Source: Candidatus Lustribacter sp. (lineage in GTDB: Bacteria; Vulcanimicrobiota; Vulcanimicrobiia; Vulcanimicrobiales; Vulcanimicrobiaceae). Taken from it: DNA of 64,000 nt. The notes below the pieces were generated by a model. The model was not told where the DNA came from. It worked only from the letters and a program-made list of their open reading frames with translations, and did no database searches. Each line of letters opens with the position of its first letter. Position 1 is the first letter of the stretch. A program made the translations under genes and the position numbers. The stretch is from positions 2,752,001 to 2,816,000 of the forward strand of contig OZ255842.1 of NCBI GenBank assembly GCA_965277805.1, in the 5' to 3' direction. Of the stretch, positions 1 to 10,322 are shown in pieces.

Positions 1-646
1 CGGCCGCGGTAAAGGTGCCGAGTACCGTCGTCGTGATCGCCGACGTCGTGACCACACCGGCCGCGGAGATCGTGGCGATCTGTCCGGTCAGGAGCGAAAT
101 TTGTCCGTTCGCCGTCGTGATCGTCACGCTGTCCGCGGCGCACGACAGACATGCCACCGTCTCGACGTTGTTTGCGAAAGAGATCAACCCGATGGTGCCG
201 CGCACTCCGACCGCCGACGTATTCGTGACGAAGCGGTAGTTCGCAACGCCGCCTTGCGGACGCCTAACGTCGAAACGCAGCGCGCCGCCGTTGATCGTGA
301 TCGTCGATCCCGGACCGGCGGCGCCGGTGTTGAGCGCGCCGACCTTCACCGTCGTGTTCTCACCAAGTGAGATCAGCGAGGAATCGGGCATTGCCAGCAC
401 CGCCGCCGACTGCGCGCGGGTGCTCGCGAAATCGTCGTCCGGCAGGTCGAACTTCCCGAACACCGGCTTGAAGTCGGTGCCGGCCGCGGCGGTTTGCCAG
501 CCGATCGTCCCGCGCACGTGCTGCAACTGTTTGCTTTCGCCGGCGGCGCGCGTCATGTGCGGCAAGCCGGCGAAGACGAAGGCCAGGGTGAGCGCAGCCG
601 CAACGAGGGCGCGCACGGATCCGGATATGCGAAGCAAACGCGGCAT
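1..646 (-). CDS. FecR-domain secreted protein, runs off the left edge (not in ORF track)
   Basis: Manual translation from ATG 646: MPRLLRISGSVRALVAAALTLAF (signal peptide) ...TRAQSAAVLAMPDSSLISLGENTTVKV...GGALRFDVR...TNTSAVGVRGT, a FecR-like pattern. Confidence 0.7.
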   Translation of the reverse strand, partial: MPRLLRISGSVRALVAAALTLAFVFAGLPHMTRAAGESKQLQHVRGTIGWQTAAAGTDFKPVFGKFDLPDDDFASTRAQSAAVLAMPDSSLISLGENTTVKVGALNTGAAGPGSTITINGGALRFDVRRPQGGVANYRFVTNTSAVGVRGTIGLISFANNVETVACLSCAADSVTITTANGQISLLTGQIATISAAGVVTTSAITTTVLGTFTAA

Positions 647-768
647 CAAAAGTACCCCTCGTTCTCGGACGTTGCCAGCATTTTGTAAGGCAAGCGCCTA
701 CTCCTTCGGCTAAGCGGGGCATCAGGCGCCACAGTAGCGGGTCCGTCGCGGCGAGAACGTGCCTCTCA

Positions 769-1791
769 ATGAAATCGCGCCCCCCGCACACTCGCCGGCA
801 ATTTCTCGCAGCTTCAGCCGCCGCGCTCGGCACGATTGCCGCCGTTCGGGCGCCCGCGCGCGCGGCGACGTGGAACTACCGCTACGCCAGCAATCTCTCG
901 GTGGACCACCCGCTGAACGTCTATATGCGCCAATGCTGGGACGCCGTGCGGCACGAAACCGGCGGGCGGCTCGACGTCGCGATGTTCCCCAATGGCCAAT
1001 TGGGCGGCGACACCGCGGTGCTTTCGCAACTGCGTTCGGGTGCGGTCCAGTTTTTCTCGCTCGACGGCGGCATTCTGCAAGGGGTCGTTCCGGTTGCCGC
1101 CATCCAGGGGATCGGCTTTGCGTTCAAGGATTCCGCCGACGCATTTCGCGCGCTCGACGGCCCGCTCGGCGACTACGTGCGCAAAGAGATCGCGGCGAAG
1201 GGCCTCTACGTGCATCCCAAGATGTGGGAGAACGGGATGCGTCAGATCACGTCGAGTTCGAAACCGATCCACACCGCCGCCGACCTAGCCAACTTCACGA
1301 TTCGCACGCCGGCCGGCGCGCTGTGGGTCGATCTGTTCAAGTCGTTCGGCGCCTCACCCACGCCGATCAATTTCAACGAAACGTACACCGCGCTGCAAAC
1401 GAAGGTCGTCGACGGCGAAGAGAACCCGTACGCGATCATCGACAGCGCGCACCTCTACGAAGTGCAGCACTACCTCAGCGTGACCAATCACATGTGGTCG
1501 GCCTACCATCTGCTCGGCAACAACGACGCCTGGCAAACCTTGCCGCCCGACGTCCGCGCGATCGTCGATCGCAACCTCACCAGATACGCGCTCCAGCAAC
1601 GGCGCGCGACGGCACTGCGCAATGCCTCGCTCGCCGACCAGCTCGCCCGGCGCGGCATGACCGTTTCCCAAGCCGACACGCGCAGCTTCCGCGCGCGCCT
1701 CGAAACCAGCGGCTTCTACAGCCGCTGGAAAGCCACGTTCGGCACTGCCGCGTGGAGCTTACTCGAAGCCCACACCGGCAAACTCGCCTAG
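769..1791 (+). CDS. dctP: TRAP transporter substrate-binding protein, Tat signal
   Basis: RRQFL Tat motif; FPNGQLGGD, ENGMRQIT, YTALQTKVVDGEENP. Confidence 0.9.
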   Translation: MKSRPPHTRRQFLAASAAALGTIAAVRAPARAATWNYRYASNLSVDHPLNVYMRQCWDAVRHETGGRLDVAMFPNGQLGGDTAVLSQLRSGAVQFFSLDGGILQGVVPVAAIQGIGFAFKDSADAFRALDGPLGDYVRKEIAAKGLYVHPKMWENGMRQITSSSKPIHTAADLANFTIRTPAGALWVDLFKSFGASPTPINFNETYTALQTKVVDGEENPYAIIDSAHLYEVQHYLSVTNHMWSAYHLLGNNDAWQTLPPDVRAIVDRNLTRYALQQRRATALRNASLADQLARRGMTVSQADTRSFRARLETSGFYSRWKATFGTAAWSLLEAHTGKLA

Positions 1792-1834
1792 ACTCGCCCT
1801 GTGCAACATGACAGATTTATGGGTGACTGATTTG

Positions 1835-4168
1835 TTAGGGTGGGTTGGTGTCGCCTATGGCGGTGGCTAGGGCGCGGTAGATGTTGAGGCGGCCGCAGCC
1901 TTGACGCGAGTCATGCAGATCGTCGGCGGTCGAGCAGAGGAGCGTCTTCATGGCGCTTGGGTTCTGATAGGTCGAGCCGCTGACGGCGAGGATCAACGCT
2001 GCCGCTCCGGCAACGTGCGGGGTCGCCATCGACGTGCCCGCGATCAGCGTGCGGCAATCGCTAATGCTCGAGGTGTTGAAATCGGGCAAACACTCGCCCG
2101 CGAAGTTCGCGTCCAGCGGCGTCGACGTCCAGATGTTCTCGATCCAATGAAGATCGTCGGCATCGCTATCGCTCGACGGGTCGCCGCCCGGCGCAACGAT
2201 TCCCCACGCTGACGAACTGTGCACGTTCGCGGCCGGCGTTCCGGCCTGCGAGTAGTACGCGACGTACTCGACCGGGTTCGCCGGCGTCGCCGTCGTTGCC
2301 GCACTCGATGTATAGCCGGTCCGCAGCGACGTCCCCGTCGCGGTGCCGTCGGCCAGGCTCGTCGCGCCGGCCGCGATCACGCCCGTATCGCAGCCGGGCG
2401 CCGAAACGCCGCTGGACGAGGGCGCGCCGTTGCCGGATGCTGCGACGACGATCACGAGCGCCGCGATCGCGTCGGCAATAGCAGCGCCCTCAACCGGATC
2501 GGTGTCGTTTCCGCCCGAGTCACAACCGCCGCCGCCGAGGCTCATGCTGACGATGTTGACGTGCTGGTTGTTGACGGCATCTTCGATCGACGATGCGATG
2601 TCGGCCGTATCGGCGGAACACTGCGCGTCGTTGCCGTCGTGCGCGCACGCGTCGTCCGGCGTCGGAAAGACGCGGTAGGCGTAAATCGACGAATTGCCGC
2701 CGGAGCCCGTAAAGCCGAGCGCATTGTTCGAAGCGGCGGCCGCAATGCCCGAGACGTCGGTCCCGTGCCCGTCGGCATCGGTGCTGAAGCTGCCGGACGA
2801 TTGCGACGTTCCGCTTTCGTTGGTGATGAAGCAGTGCTGATAGACGATCTTGCTGCTGAGCTCCGGATGGCTTGCGTCCTCACCCGTATCGATGATCGCA
2901 ATCTTCACCGACGCCGAGCCGAGTGCCGCCGGATTGGCAGTATACGTGGCGCCGGTTTGGCTGTAGCCGTAGGCGTGCTCGAGACCGATCGCGTGCATGT
3001 CCCACTGCCCCGGCACGCTCGAACTTTCGGCGTAGGGCGCGGCTTCGTGGAACGGCGTAAATCCTTGGAAGTACGGATCGTTCGTATACACGGGCGTCGT
3101 GGTGAAGCGATACCGGCGCTGCCCCGTTAGCGCAACGCTTTGCACGCCGTCGCCGGAGCGCAGAACCGCTTCGGCTTGCGCCAAGGATGCGGTCGGCACG
3201 GCGACCACGTGCATCGCGATGTTCCGGTGCACGAAATCGAACGTGTGCAGCACGCTCATTCCGTACTGATGCTCGCGCGACGCAATGGCCACGGCTTGCG
3301 ATTGAGCGCGGCCGCGATCGTAGCTGACCGCGAGCAACGTGGTGGAGGCAGCCGCAACCGATCCGGCATGCAATAGGCGGCGCCGCGTCGCGTCACCGGT
3401 TGCGCTCGTGCGCGCTTCCGATGCCGACGCCGCACCGGTTGCCGGGCACGTGAATGCAGCCGCGACATCGGCGGATGTCGTCGGGGACGGAACGGGTGTG
3501 GGTGTGGGCGTAGGCGCGCGCGTCGGGATCGGCGTCGGGGTCGGGGCGACGAGCGGCTGCGCGGTTGAGAACAGGGCGAACGCGTAGGTCGTCCCGCTCG
3601 CGAACGTGATTGGCCCGGTCGACGGCGCAAAGGTAACCGTCGAGTTGCTGATCGTCGCGGGCCCGGCCAGCGTCGACCAGTTGCCGAGCGTATCGCCCGG
3701 ATTGTAGGCGAGGTACAGGTTTCCCGACGGCAGCGAGAAGCCGGGGGGCAAGATGAACGTGAACGTGGGCCACGCTTGGAACGTCACCGTTGCCGTCATG
3801 GTCAGCGTCACGTACGCCAGCGGCACGAGTGCGCCGCCGATCGCTTTCGGCAAGCGCGCCGACGACTGAACCGCTATGGGGTTCGATGCGCCCAACACGA
3901 GGTTCGCCGTCGCGCTTCCGCCGGTCGTCGGGAAGACGACCGAACCGCCGTAGCCCGATGCGATCGTCGCGAGCGTTGCCGTGACGCTGCTGCCGGTCTG
4001 CACGGAGGCATTCGAGGACGCCGGCGGCGCGGGCGTGGGCGCGGCGGTCGGTGCGGACGCCGTGCTCGGCGTCACAAACGGCGCCGAGCTTCCACCGCCA
4101 CCGCCGCCGCCGCAGGCGCAAAGCAGCGCGCAAACGACAAAAAACCACGCCCCTACATGAAGCCGCAC
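1835..4168 (-). CDS. S8 subtilase-family serine peptidase, probable lipoprotein
   Basis: Lipobox LCAC plus Gly run; catalytic motifs IIDTG, HGTDVSG, ASGN, GTSMATPHVAG; PT-rich linker. Confidence 0.9.
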   Translation of the reverse strand: MRLHVGAWFFVVCALLCACGGGGGGGSSAPFVTPSTASAPTAAPTPAPPASSNASVQTGSSVTATLATIASGYGGSVVFPTTGGSATANLVLGASNPIAVQSSARLPKAIGGALVPLAYVTLTMTATVTFQAWPTFTFILPPGFSLPSGNLYLAYNPGDTLGNWSTLAGPATISNSTVTFAPSTGPITFASGTTYAFALFSTAQPLVAPTPTPIPTRAPTPTPTPVPSPTTSADVAAAFTCPATGAASASEARTSATGDATRRRLLHAGSVAAASTTLLAVSYDRGRAQSQAVAIASREHQYGMSVLHTFDFVHRNIAMHVVAVPTASLAQAEAVLRSGDGVQSVALTGQRRYRFTTTPVYTNDPYFQGFTPFHEAAPYAESSSVPGQWDMHAIGLEHAYGYSQTGATYTANPAALGSASVKIAIIDTGEDASHPELSSKIVYQHCFITNESGTSQSSGSFSTDADGHGTDVSGIAAAASNNALGFTGSGGNSSIYAYRVFPTPDDACAHDGNDAQCSADTADIASSIEDAVNNQHVNIVSMSLGGGGCDSGGNDTDPVEGAAIADAIAALVIVVAASGNGAPSSSGVSAPGCDTGVIAAGATSLADGTATGTSLRTGYTSSAATTATPANPVEYVAYYSQAGTPAANVHSSSAWGIVAPGGDPSSDSDADDLHWIENIWTSTPLDANFAGECLPDFNTSSISDCRTLIAGTSMATPHVAGAAALILAVSGSTYQNPSAMKTLLCSTADDLHDSRQGCGRLNIYRALATAIGDTNPP

Positions 4169-4268
4169 GATAGGGAAGTAGCCACGCTGTCGCAGCTTGT
4201 CCTGCCCAGCCTTTTCCCAGGAAGTATTCGCCTGTTAGACTGCTCGGTAAGCTGGGAAGGGAGGTTGC

Positions 4269-4589
4269 ATGAAAATATCATCCCTCGCTTTGCCCGCGCT
4301 CGGTGGACTGCTCGTCCTTGGCTCGGTCGCCGGAATTCCGGCTCCCGCGAAGGCCGACACTGCAAGCACCGCAGCGATCATTGCCGGCGCGGCCGGCATC
4401 GTCGGTGCCCTACTCTACGACTCCAGCAACCATCCGTATTACGTCCGCAATAATCATCGCTACTACGTCACCCAGCAAGAAGCCCAATACTACCGCGGTC
4501 ACCATCCCGGCAACACGCGCCAAGCCTACGTGCCCGAACGCGAATATCCGGTCGCACGCGACCCCTACCACAACCAGAACCACCGCTAG
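4269..4589 (+). CDS. Small secreted hypothetical protein (His/Tyr-rich)
   Basis: GGAGG RBS, signal peptide ending AKA, glycine-zipper-like AIIAGAAGIVGAL. Confidence 0.7.
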   Translation: MKISSLALPALGGLLVLGSVAGIPAPAKADTASTAAIIAGAAGIVGALLYDSSNHPYYVRNNHRYYVTQQEAQYYRGHHPGNTRQAYVPEREYPVARDPYHNQNHR

Positions 4590-4592
4590 TTC

Positions 4593-4964
4593 TTAGTGCG
4601 TCGTGATCGTGTCCGCATTGAGTGAGTGATCGCTCTGCGCGGACCCGGTTACGTCCACGGTCATTCCCGGCGTCAGCGTCGCGCCGCGCGGATTGATGAC
4701 CGTTCCCTGATGCAAGTGCACGTCGCGGTAGACGTTCGGCGCGGTCTCGAGCTGCAGATCGAAGTGCCGGAAATACGTCACCTTACCATGCGCCGTATTG
4801 CCGTTGGTCGTTTGCAACAGCACGTTGCCGAGCGCATTGAGCACGCTCTGCACGATTGGATTGTTTTGCACCTCGGGCGGGATCGACGGGATCGGCATTG
4901 GGTCGGCAAAGGCTGCGCTCGTCGAGGCAACCAGCAGGGCGATCGTTAGGGCGAGAACGCGCAA
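4593..4964 (-). CDS. Secreted hypothetical protein (small beta/OB-like fold)
   Basis: TTG start at 4964 gives signal peptide MRVLALTIALLVASTSAAFA; LHQGTVINPRGATLTPGMTVDVTG. Confidence 0.65.
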   Translation of the reverse strand: MRVLALTIALLVASTSAAFADPMPIPSIPPEVQNNPIVQSVLNALGNVLLQTTNGNTAHGKVTYFRHFDLQLETAPNVYRDVHLHQGTVINPRGATLTPGMTVDVTGSAQSDHSLNADTITTH

Positions 4965-4965
4965 T

Positions 4966-6150
4966 CTATTTCTCCGGACTGACCACCATAGGATACGTCG
5001 CAAACTCGGCATTCACCAGCATGCCGTTTTCTTTTTCGACGCGCCGCAGGTAAATGTTCTGCACGATGTCGCGCGTGGCCGGATCGATCATGATCGGACC
5101 GCGCGGGCTCTCCGCCTTATACCCCTTGAGAAACGCCAGCGTTTTGTCGGGATCCCAGTTGCCGCCTTGCGCAGCAAGCGCCTTGTAGGTTGCGCCGAGG
5201 ATATCCCATATCGCACAGCCGGCAAAGCTCGCGTTCGGGTTGCCGTGCGTGATCGCCGTGGTCTCGCGCTGATACTGCGCGTTGAGCGCGGACTTGTGCG
5301 CCGACGAATAATGATACGCCGACACGATGCCGGTGGCCGGATCGCCCATCTGCGGCAAGTTGTTCTCGCTCACGAGGTCGCCCGTGGCGAGGATCTTGAT
5401 ACCGGCCTTTTGCATTCCGGCCGCTTCGTACTGCTTGAGAAATTGCGCGCTGCCGCCGCCGGCGAGCAAGAAGATAAAGCACGCATCGGGCTTCGCGTCT
5501 TTCGCCCGTTGGATGTAGGCCGAGAAGTCGGTGGCTTCGAGCGGCATCGGACTCACGCCCACTTCGGTGCCGCCGGCGCCTTCGAAGGCGCGCCTGAAGC
5601 CGACGTGCGCATCGACGCCGGACTGGTTGTCGGCATACATCGTGTAGATTTTCTTGTAGCCGTTCTTCGCCGCCCACTTGCCGAGCACGTCGGTCAATTC
5701 GAGCGTGGTGAACGACCAGCGCGTCATGTAGGGAAACTTCGGCAAGAGCCCGGTCGCCACCGAATTGACGAGCATCACCGGCGTCTTCGACTGATTCGAG
5801 ATGTCGCCGACCGTCATCGCGTTCGCGGTGAAGATCAGGCCCGCGATCATGTCGACCTTCTCCTGAACCACGAGTTCTTGGGCCGCACGCCGCGCCGTTT
5901 CGGGCGCGACGCCGGTATCGTCGCGCCGAACGATGACGACTTTGCGGCCCGCCACCGTATCGCCATGGACTTTTTGGAACGCCGCCATCGCGCCATCGAG
6001 CTCGGGACCGGAGGCCGGTCCGCCGCCGGTATACGACCAAACGATGCCGACCTTGAACGGATCGGCCGGGGCGGCCAACGCCGCGGCGGGCGCAAAACCC
6101 GCGGAAACGAGCGCGGCAGAGGACGATTGGAGCATTCCAAGTCTCTTCAT
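4966..6150 (-). CDS. ABC transporter substrate-binding protein, LivK-like (aromatic-compound type)
   Basis: VVIVRRDDTG, ELVVQEKVD, ESPRGPIMIDPATRDIVQNIYLRRVE. Confidence 0.85.
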   Translation of the reverse strand: MKRLGMLQSSSAALVSAGFAPAAALAAPADPFKVGIVWSYTGGGPASGPELDGAMAAFQKVHGDTVAGRKVVIVRRDDTGVAPETARRAAQELVVQEKVDMIAGLIFTANAMTVGDISNQSKTPVMLVNSVATGLLPKFPYMTRWSFTTLELTDVLGKWAAKNGYKKIYTMYADNQSGVDAHVGFRRAFEGAGGTEVGVSPMPLEATDFSAYIQRAKDAKPDACFIFLLAGGGSAQFLKQYEAAGMQKAGIKILATGDLVSENNLPQMGDPATGIVSAYHYSSAHKSALNAQYQRETTAITHGNPNASFAGCAIWDILGATYKALAAQGGNWDPDKTLAFLKGYKAESPRGPIMIDPATRDIVQNIYLRRVEKENGMLVNAEFATYPMVVSPEK

Positions 6151-6214
6151 AAGGCGCCCCGTACGATGAGCAACGCCCGTCCACCTCGAAACCCAAATGC
6201 GTTCGGAGGTGACT

Positions 6215-7639
6215 ATGTCCGGGTTTGCCGACTTCCCCGGTTCTGAGGTGCGCGCGCGGCTCGATCATCCCGTGATCGACTGCGATGCGCACGTCGTCGA
6301 GGCGCGTTTCGCGATCGAGGACTTTCTCAAAGACGTGGCCGGCCCGAGCGTGGTCGCGCGTTACCTCAAGTGCCAAAACTTTCGCCAGTACAATCAGCCC
6401 AGCCGCGGCTTCTGGTGGGGCGTTCCGTCGGGTCCGCACACGAGCGATCGCGCGATGTCGATGCTGCCCAAACTCTTTCGCGCGCGCATGGACGACATCG
6501 GCTTCGATTTCGCGCACCTCTACACGACCGCCGGCATTCCGGGCTTGTACTATCAAGACGATGAAGTGCGTCAAGCGTTCTGTCGCGCGACCAACATGCT
6601 CTACGCCGACATGTTCCGCGAGGTCGCCGACCGCGTGCGCCCGGTCGCGCTGATCCCGACGTTCACGCCCGAAGAGGCGATCGCCGAACTCGAGTTCGCC
6701 GTCAAGGAACTCGGACACAAAGCGATCATGATCGGCACCGAACACATCCGTCCCGTTCCGGGCGCGCACGACGATGCACCCTATCTCACGAAGTCGATCG
6801 CGATCGATCCGCCGCACGACTACGATCCGTTCTGGGCCAAGTGCGTCGAGCTGAAAGTGACGCCGGTGTGTCACACCGCGGCGATCTTCAACGCCTACCG
6901 CAACTCACCGAGCAATTACGTCTTCAACCATCTGGGCGGCTTTGCAACCGGCGCCGACTACTTCTGCCGCGCGCTGTTCATGGGCGGCGTCACGCGCCGC
7001 TTCCCGACGCTGAGCTTCGGCTTCCTCGAGGGCGGAGCGGCTTGGGCGTTGACACTGCTCAACAACATCGTCGAACACTTCGAGAAGCGCAACGTCGAGC
7101 ACATGGAGACGAACCTCGATCCGGCCAAACTCGACATCGAGTTGCTGAGCCGGCTCTTCGGCGAGTACGGCAACGAATATCTCACCGCCGAGCGCATCAA
7201 GACCGCAACGTTCGAGAACTGGGAAACGAACCTCATTCGTCCGGTACCGTTCGATGAGTTCGCGCCCTGCGGGATGACCGAAGTCAACGATCTCAAGGCG
7301 CTGTTCATCGATCGCTTCTACTTCGGCTGCGAGGCCGACGATCGCATGACCGCAGTGGCGTTCAACCGCCGCCTCAATCCGGTGGGCGGCAAACTCAAGC
7401 CGGTGTTCGGGTCGGACATCGGGCATTGGGACGTCATGGACGCCACGACCATTCTCTCCGAGGCCTGGAGCCTCGTCGACGGCGGGCTCATCGACGAAAA
7501 CAATTTCCGCGAATTCGTGTACGAGAATCCGGCCATGATGCATCTCTCAATGAATCCCGGCTACTTTGCCGGTACGGTGCTCGAAGACGAAGCGAAGAAG
7601 CTGTTGGCGCGCAAGCCGCAGGCTGTGGTGACGGCGTGA
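6215..7639 (+). CDS. Amidohydrolase_2 family protein
   Basis: VIDCDAH, YDPFWAKCVEL, FLEGGAAW, FGSDIGHWD; GGAGGT RBS before ATG 6215. Confidence 0.85.
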   Translation: MSGFADFPGSEVRARLDHPVIDCDAHVVEARFAIEDFLKDVAGPSVVARYLKCQNFRQYNQPSRGFWWGVPSGPHTSDRAMSMLPKLFRARMDDIGFDFAHLYTTAGIPGLYYQDDEVRQAFCRATNMLYADMFREVADRVRPVALIPTFTPEEAIAELEFAVKELGHKAIMIGTEHIRPVPGAHDDAPYLTKSIAIDPPHDYDPFWAKCVELKVTPVCHTAAIFNAYRNSPSNYVFNHLGGFATGADYFCRALFMGGVTRRFPTLSFGFLEGGAAWALTLLNNIVEHFEKRNVEHMETNLDPAKLDIELLSRLFGEYGNEYLTAERIKTATFENWETNLIRPVPFDEFAPCGMTEVNDLKALFIDRFYFGCEADDRMTAVAFNRRLNPVGGKLKPVFGSDIGHWDVMDATTILSEAWSLVDGGLIDENNFREFVYENPAMMHLSMNPGYFAGTVLEDEAKKLLARKPQAVVTA

Positions 7640-7962
7640 TCTATTCCGTCGCCGATGCGGCGGATCTGCCGCCGGGCACGATGATGCACGTCGAGCTCGA
7701 TGGACGAATGATTGCGCTCTATAACTACGACGGTGACTTCTACGCGACGGACGACATCTGCACGCATCGGCGCGCGCGTCTTTCCGACGGGTATCTGGAC
7801 GGGCGCACCGTGCAGTGCCCGCTCCACTTCGGCAAATTCGACATCATCACCGGAGAGCCGCAGAACCCGCCCTGCAAGGTCCCCGTGGCTACGTATCCCG
7901 TCATCCTCGACATCGAACGCCTCCTCGTCGACGTGCCCGAACCCGGCCTTTCTGAAAATTGA
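7636..7962 (+). CDS. Rieske [2Fe-2S] ferredoxin (dioxygenase ferredoxin type)
   Basis: CTH...CPLH Rieske motifs; GTGA overlap with upstream stop. Confidence 0.9.
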   Translation: MIYSVADAADLPPGTMMHVELDGRMIALYNYDGDFYATDDICTHRRARLSDGYLDGRTVQCPLHFGKFDIITGEPQNPPCKVPVATYPVILDIERLLVDVPEPGLSEN

Positions 7963-8008
7963 CTTGAAACACAAAGCCAACAACTCCGGCGGCGCCGAAG
8001 CAAAGCGT

Positions 8009-8611
8009 ATGAACTCTCCGGCTCCGGCCAGCGAAACCCACGGCACCCTCTTCTGCACGCTGGTGGACCGCCGCTCGAGCGTCCCGCTGGCCGACGCGCG
8101 CGTCACCTGCGTCATCGGCGGCGGAATCGTGCAGGTCGACGTGGACTCCCGGGGCGAGTTCCGCGCCGACTTTCCGCAGGGCGTGTTCGACCTCGTCATC
8201 TCGGCTCGCGGCGAACTCTCGCTCACCTTACGCGGCATCGGCGTGCTGGCCGGCCACACGCAACATATCTTGCGCGCGTTCGTTCCGGGCGAGGAAGAAG
8301 TTCACGACGGCATTCCGGCCTCGGCCATCGGCGGCTATCTCACCGACCGGCTGGGCCATCCGCTGGTCGACGCCGCCGTGACGGCCACGCTCGTGCCCCC
8401 GCCGGGAACGCCGCTATATGGTGGACCCGGGAAGCAGACCTACGCCGGGCAGACCGACAAATTCGGCGCCTTCATCCTCCACGCCATCAAACCGGGCACC
8501 TACGACGTGGTCGTACGCACCAAACAAAACACGCTCTCGAACGAGCGCATCACGGTCCCCGAGCACCGCATCTTCCAGCGGCACGACCTCAAACTGATGG
8601 TGACCGTTTAA
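8009..8611 (+). CDS. Carboxypeptidase-regulatory-like (prealbumin-fold) repeat protein
   Basis: Two repeats: DSRGEFRADFPQGVFDLVISA and TDKFGAFILHAIKPGTYDVVV. Confidence 0.65.
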   Translation: MNSPAPASETHGTLFCTLVDRRSSVPLADARVTCVIGGGIVQVDVDSRGEFRADFPQGVFDLVISARGELSLTLRGIGVLAGHTQHILRAFVPGEEEVHDGIPASAIGGYLTDRLGHPLVDAAVTATLVPPPGTPLYGGPGKQTYAGQTDKFGAFILHAIKPGTYDVVVRTKQNTLSNERITVPEHRIFQRHDLKLMVTV

Positions 8612-8619
8612 CCGGTTGC

Positions 8620-9402
8620 CTAACCGAAGCGGCCGGTGATGTAGTCTTCGGTGCGCTTCTCGCGGGGTTTGGTGAAGATCTGATTGGTCGTTCCGACCTC
8701 GACGATTTCACCCAGATGGAAGAACGCGGTGATGTCGGAGATGCGCGCGGCTTGCTGCATCGAGTGCGTCACGATTACCACGGTGTACTGAGATTTCAGC
8801 TCGCCGATGAGATCTTCGATCTTCGAGGTCGCGATCGGATCGAGCGCCGATGCGGGCTCGTCCATCAGGATCACTTCCGGATTCACGGCCAGCACGCGCG
8901 CGATGCACAAACGCTGCTGTTGACCGCCGGAAAGGTCGAGCGCCGAGCGGTCGAGCCGATCCTTGACTTCGTCCCACAGCGCAGCTTGGCGCAGCGAACG
9001 TTCGGCGATCTCGCGCAGCTTCGCGCCATTGGATTCGCCGTGAATCTTCGGACCGTAGACGACGTTCTCAAAAATGGTTTTGGGAAACGGGTTCGGACGC
9101 TGGAAGACCATACCGATGCGGTGGCGGATCATCACCGGATCGGAATCCGGAGCATAGATGTTCAGTCCGTCGAGCAAGATGTTGCCCGTAACGCGCGCGC
9201 CGGGCGTGAGATCGTGCATGCGGTTGAGCGCGCGCAGGAACGTCGATTTGCCGCAGCCCGAGGGACCGATCAGCGCCGTGACCGAGTTCTCGTGCATCTT
9301 GAGGCTGGCGTTCTTGATGGCGTGAAACGACCCGTAGTAGATGTCGACTTCGTTTGCGACGAGCTTCTCGGCGGTCGCAATCGGCGACTGAGAGTCGATC
9401 AC
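8620..9402 (-). CDS. pstB: Phosphate ABC transporter ATPase
   Basis: [32 protein letters not shown]. Confidence 0.97.
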   Translation of the reverse strand: MIDSQSPIATAEKLVANEVDIYYGSFHAIKNASLKMHENSVTALIGPSGCGKSTFLRALNRMHDLTPGARVTGNILLDGLNIYAPDSDPVMIRHRIGMVFQRPNPFPKTIFENVVYGPKIHGESNGAKLREIAERSLRQAALWDEVKDRLDRSALDLSGGQQQRLCIARVLAVNPEVILMDEPASALDPIATSKIEDLIGELKSQYTVVIVTHSMQQAARISDITAFFHLGEIVEVGTTNQIFTKPREKRTEDYITGRFG

Positions 9403-10322
9403 GTTGGTCTCCCGGTAAGGCGTTTGCTCAAGGCCCGGCCGCCGACGCGCGCGACGACATTGAAGATCAGCACCATGATCAAGAGTACCAGCGCCGAGCC
9501 GTTACCGATACGGTCAACGTCGGGGACGATCGATTCGGTATGCGTATACCATAAGTGCACGGCCAGGGTCTCGGCCGTGTGAAACGGGTTGAGATCGTAG
9601 GGCGCGTTGCTCGAAACGCTGAGGCCGGCCGTAAAGATCAGCGCGGCCGTCTCACCGAAGATGCGGCCCGCGATCAGCACGATACCCGTCGTCATACGGC
9701 CGATCGCGCTCGGCAAGACCACTCTCAGGATCGTCTGCCAGCGCGTGGCCCCGATGCCCATCGACGCCTCACGGTAGCTATCGGGGATGCTTGCCAGCGC
9801 TTCTTGCGTGACCCGCATGAGGGCCGGCAAATTGAGCAGCGTCAGCGTGAGCGCGCCGCCGAGCGCCGTGAACTTCCACTTGAACAGATAGACGAACACC
9901 AGTAGCCCGAACAGTCCCATCACGAGCGAGGGGACCGTGGCCAGTGATTCCGCGCTGAACACGACGAGTTCGCGGAAGCGCCCCGGCTTCGCATACTCGT
10001 GCAGATACACGCCCGCAGCCACGGCAATCGGCACCGTGAAGATCAGCGTCATGATCAGGATGTAAAACGAATTGTAGATCTCGGGACCGATGCCACCGCC
10101 CGCGCTCGTTTCGGCCGGCAGTCCGAAGATGAACGACGGCGTGAGATAGCGCGCACCGAGGTAGAACATGTAGACGATGAACATGGCAAGCAGCAAGATG
10201 ATGCTCGATGCCATCACCCACAACACGACCGTCGCCAGCCAATCGGCGAACTTCCGGGCCCGGACGCCCGGGCTCGTAGCGGAGAGAGTAATCGTGCGCG
10301 GTGTGGTTGCCATGATGTCCAT
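9399..10322 (-). CDS. pstA: Phosphate ABC permease
   Basis: [38 protein letters not shown]; true start near 10322/10313, not 11048. Confidence 0.93.
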   Translation of the reverse strand: MDIMATTPRTITLSATSPGVRARKFADWLATVVLWVMASSIILLLAMFIVYMFYLGARYLTPSFIFGLPAETSAGGGIGPEIYNSFYILIMTLIFTVPIAVAAGVYLHEYAKPGRFRELVVFSAESLATVPSLVMGLFGLLVFVYLFKWKFTALGGALTLTLLNLPALMRVTQEALASIPDSYREASMGIGATRWQTILRVVLPSAIGRMTTGIVLIAGRIFGETAALIFTAGLSVSSNAPYDLNPFHTAETLAVHLWYTHTESIVPDVDRIGNGSALVLLIMVLIFNVVARVGGRALSKRLTGRPT

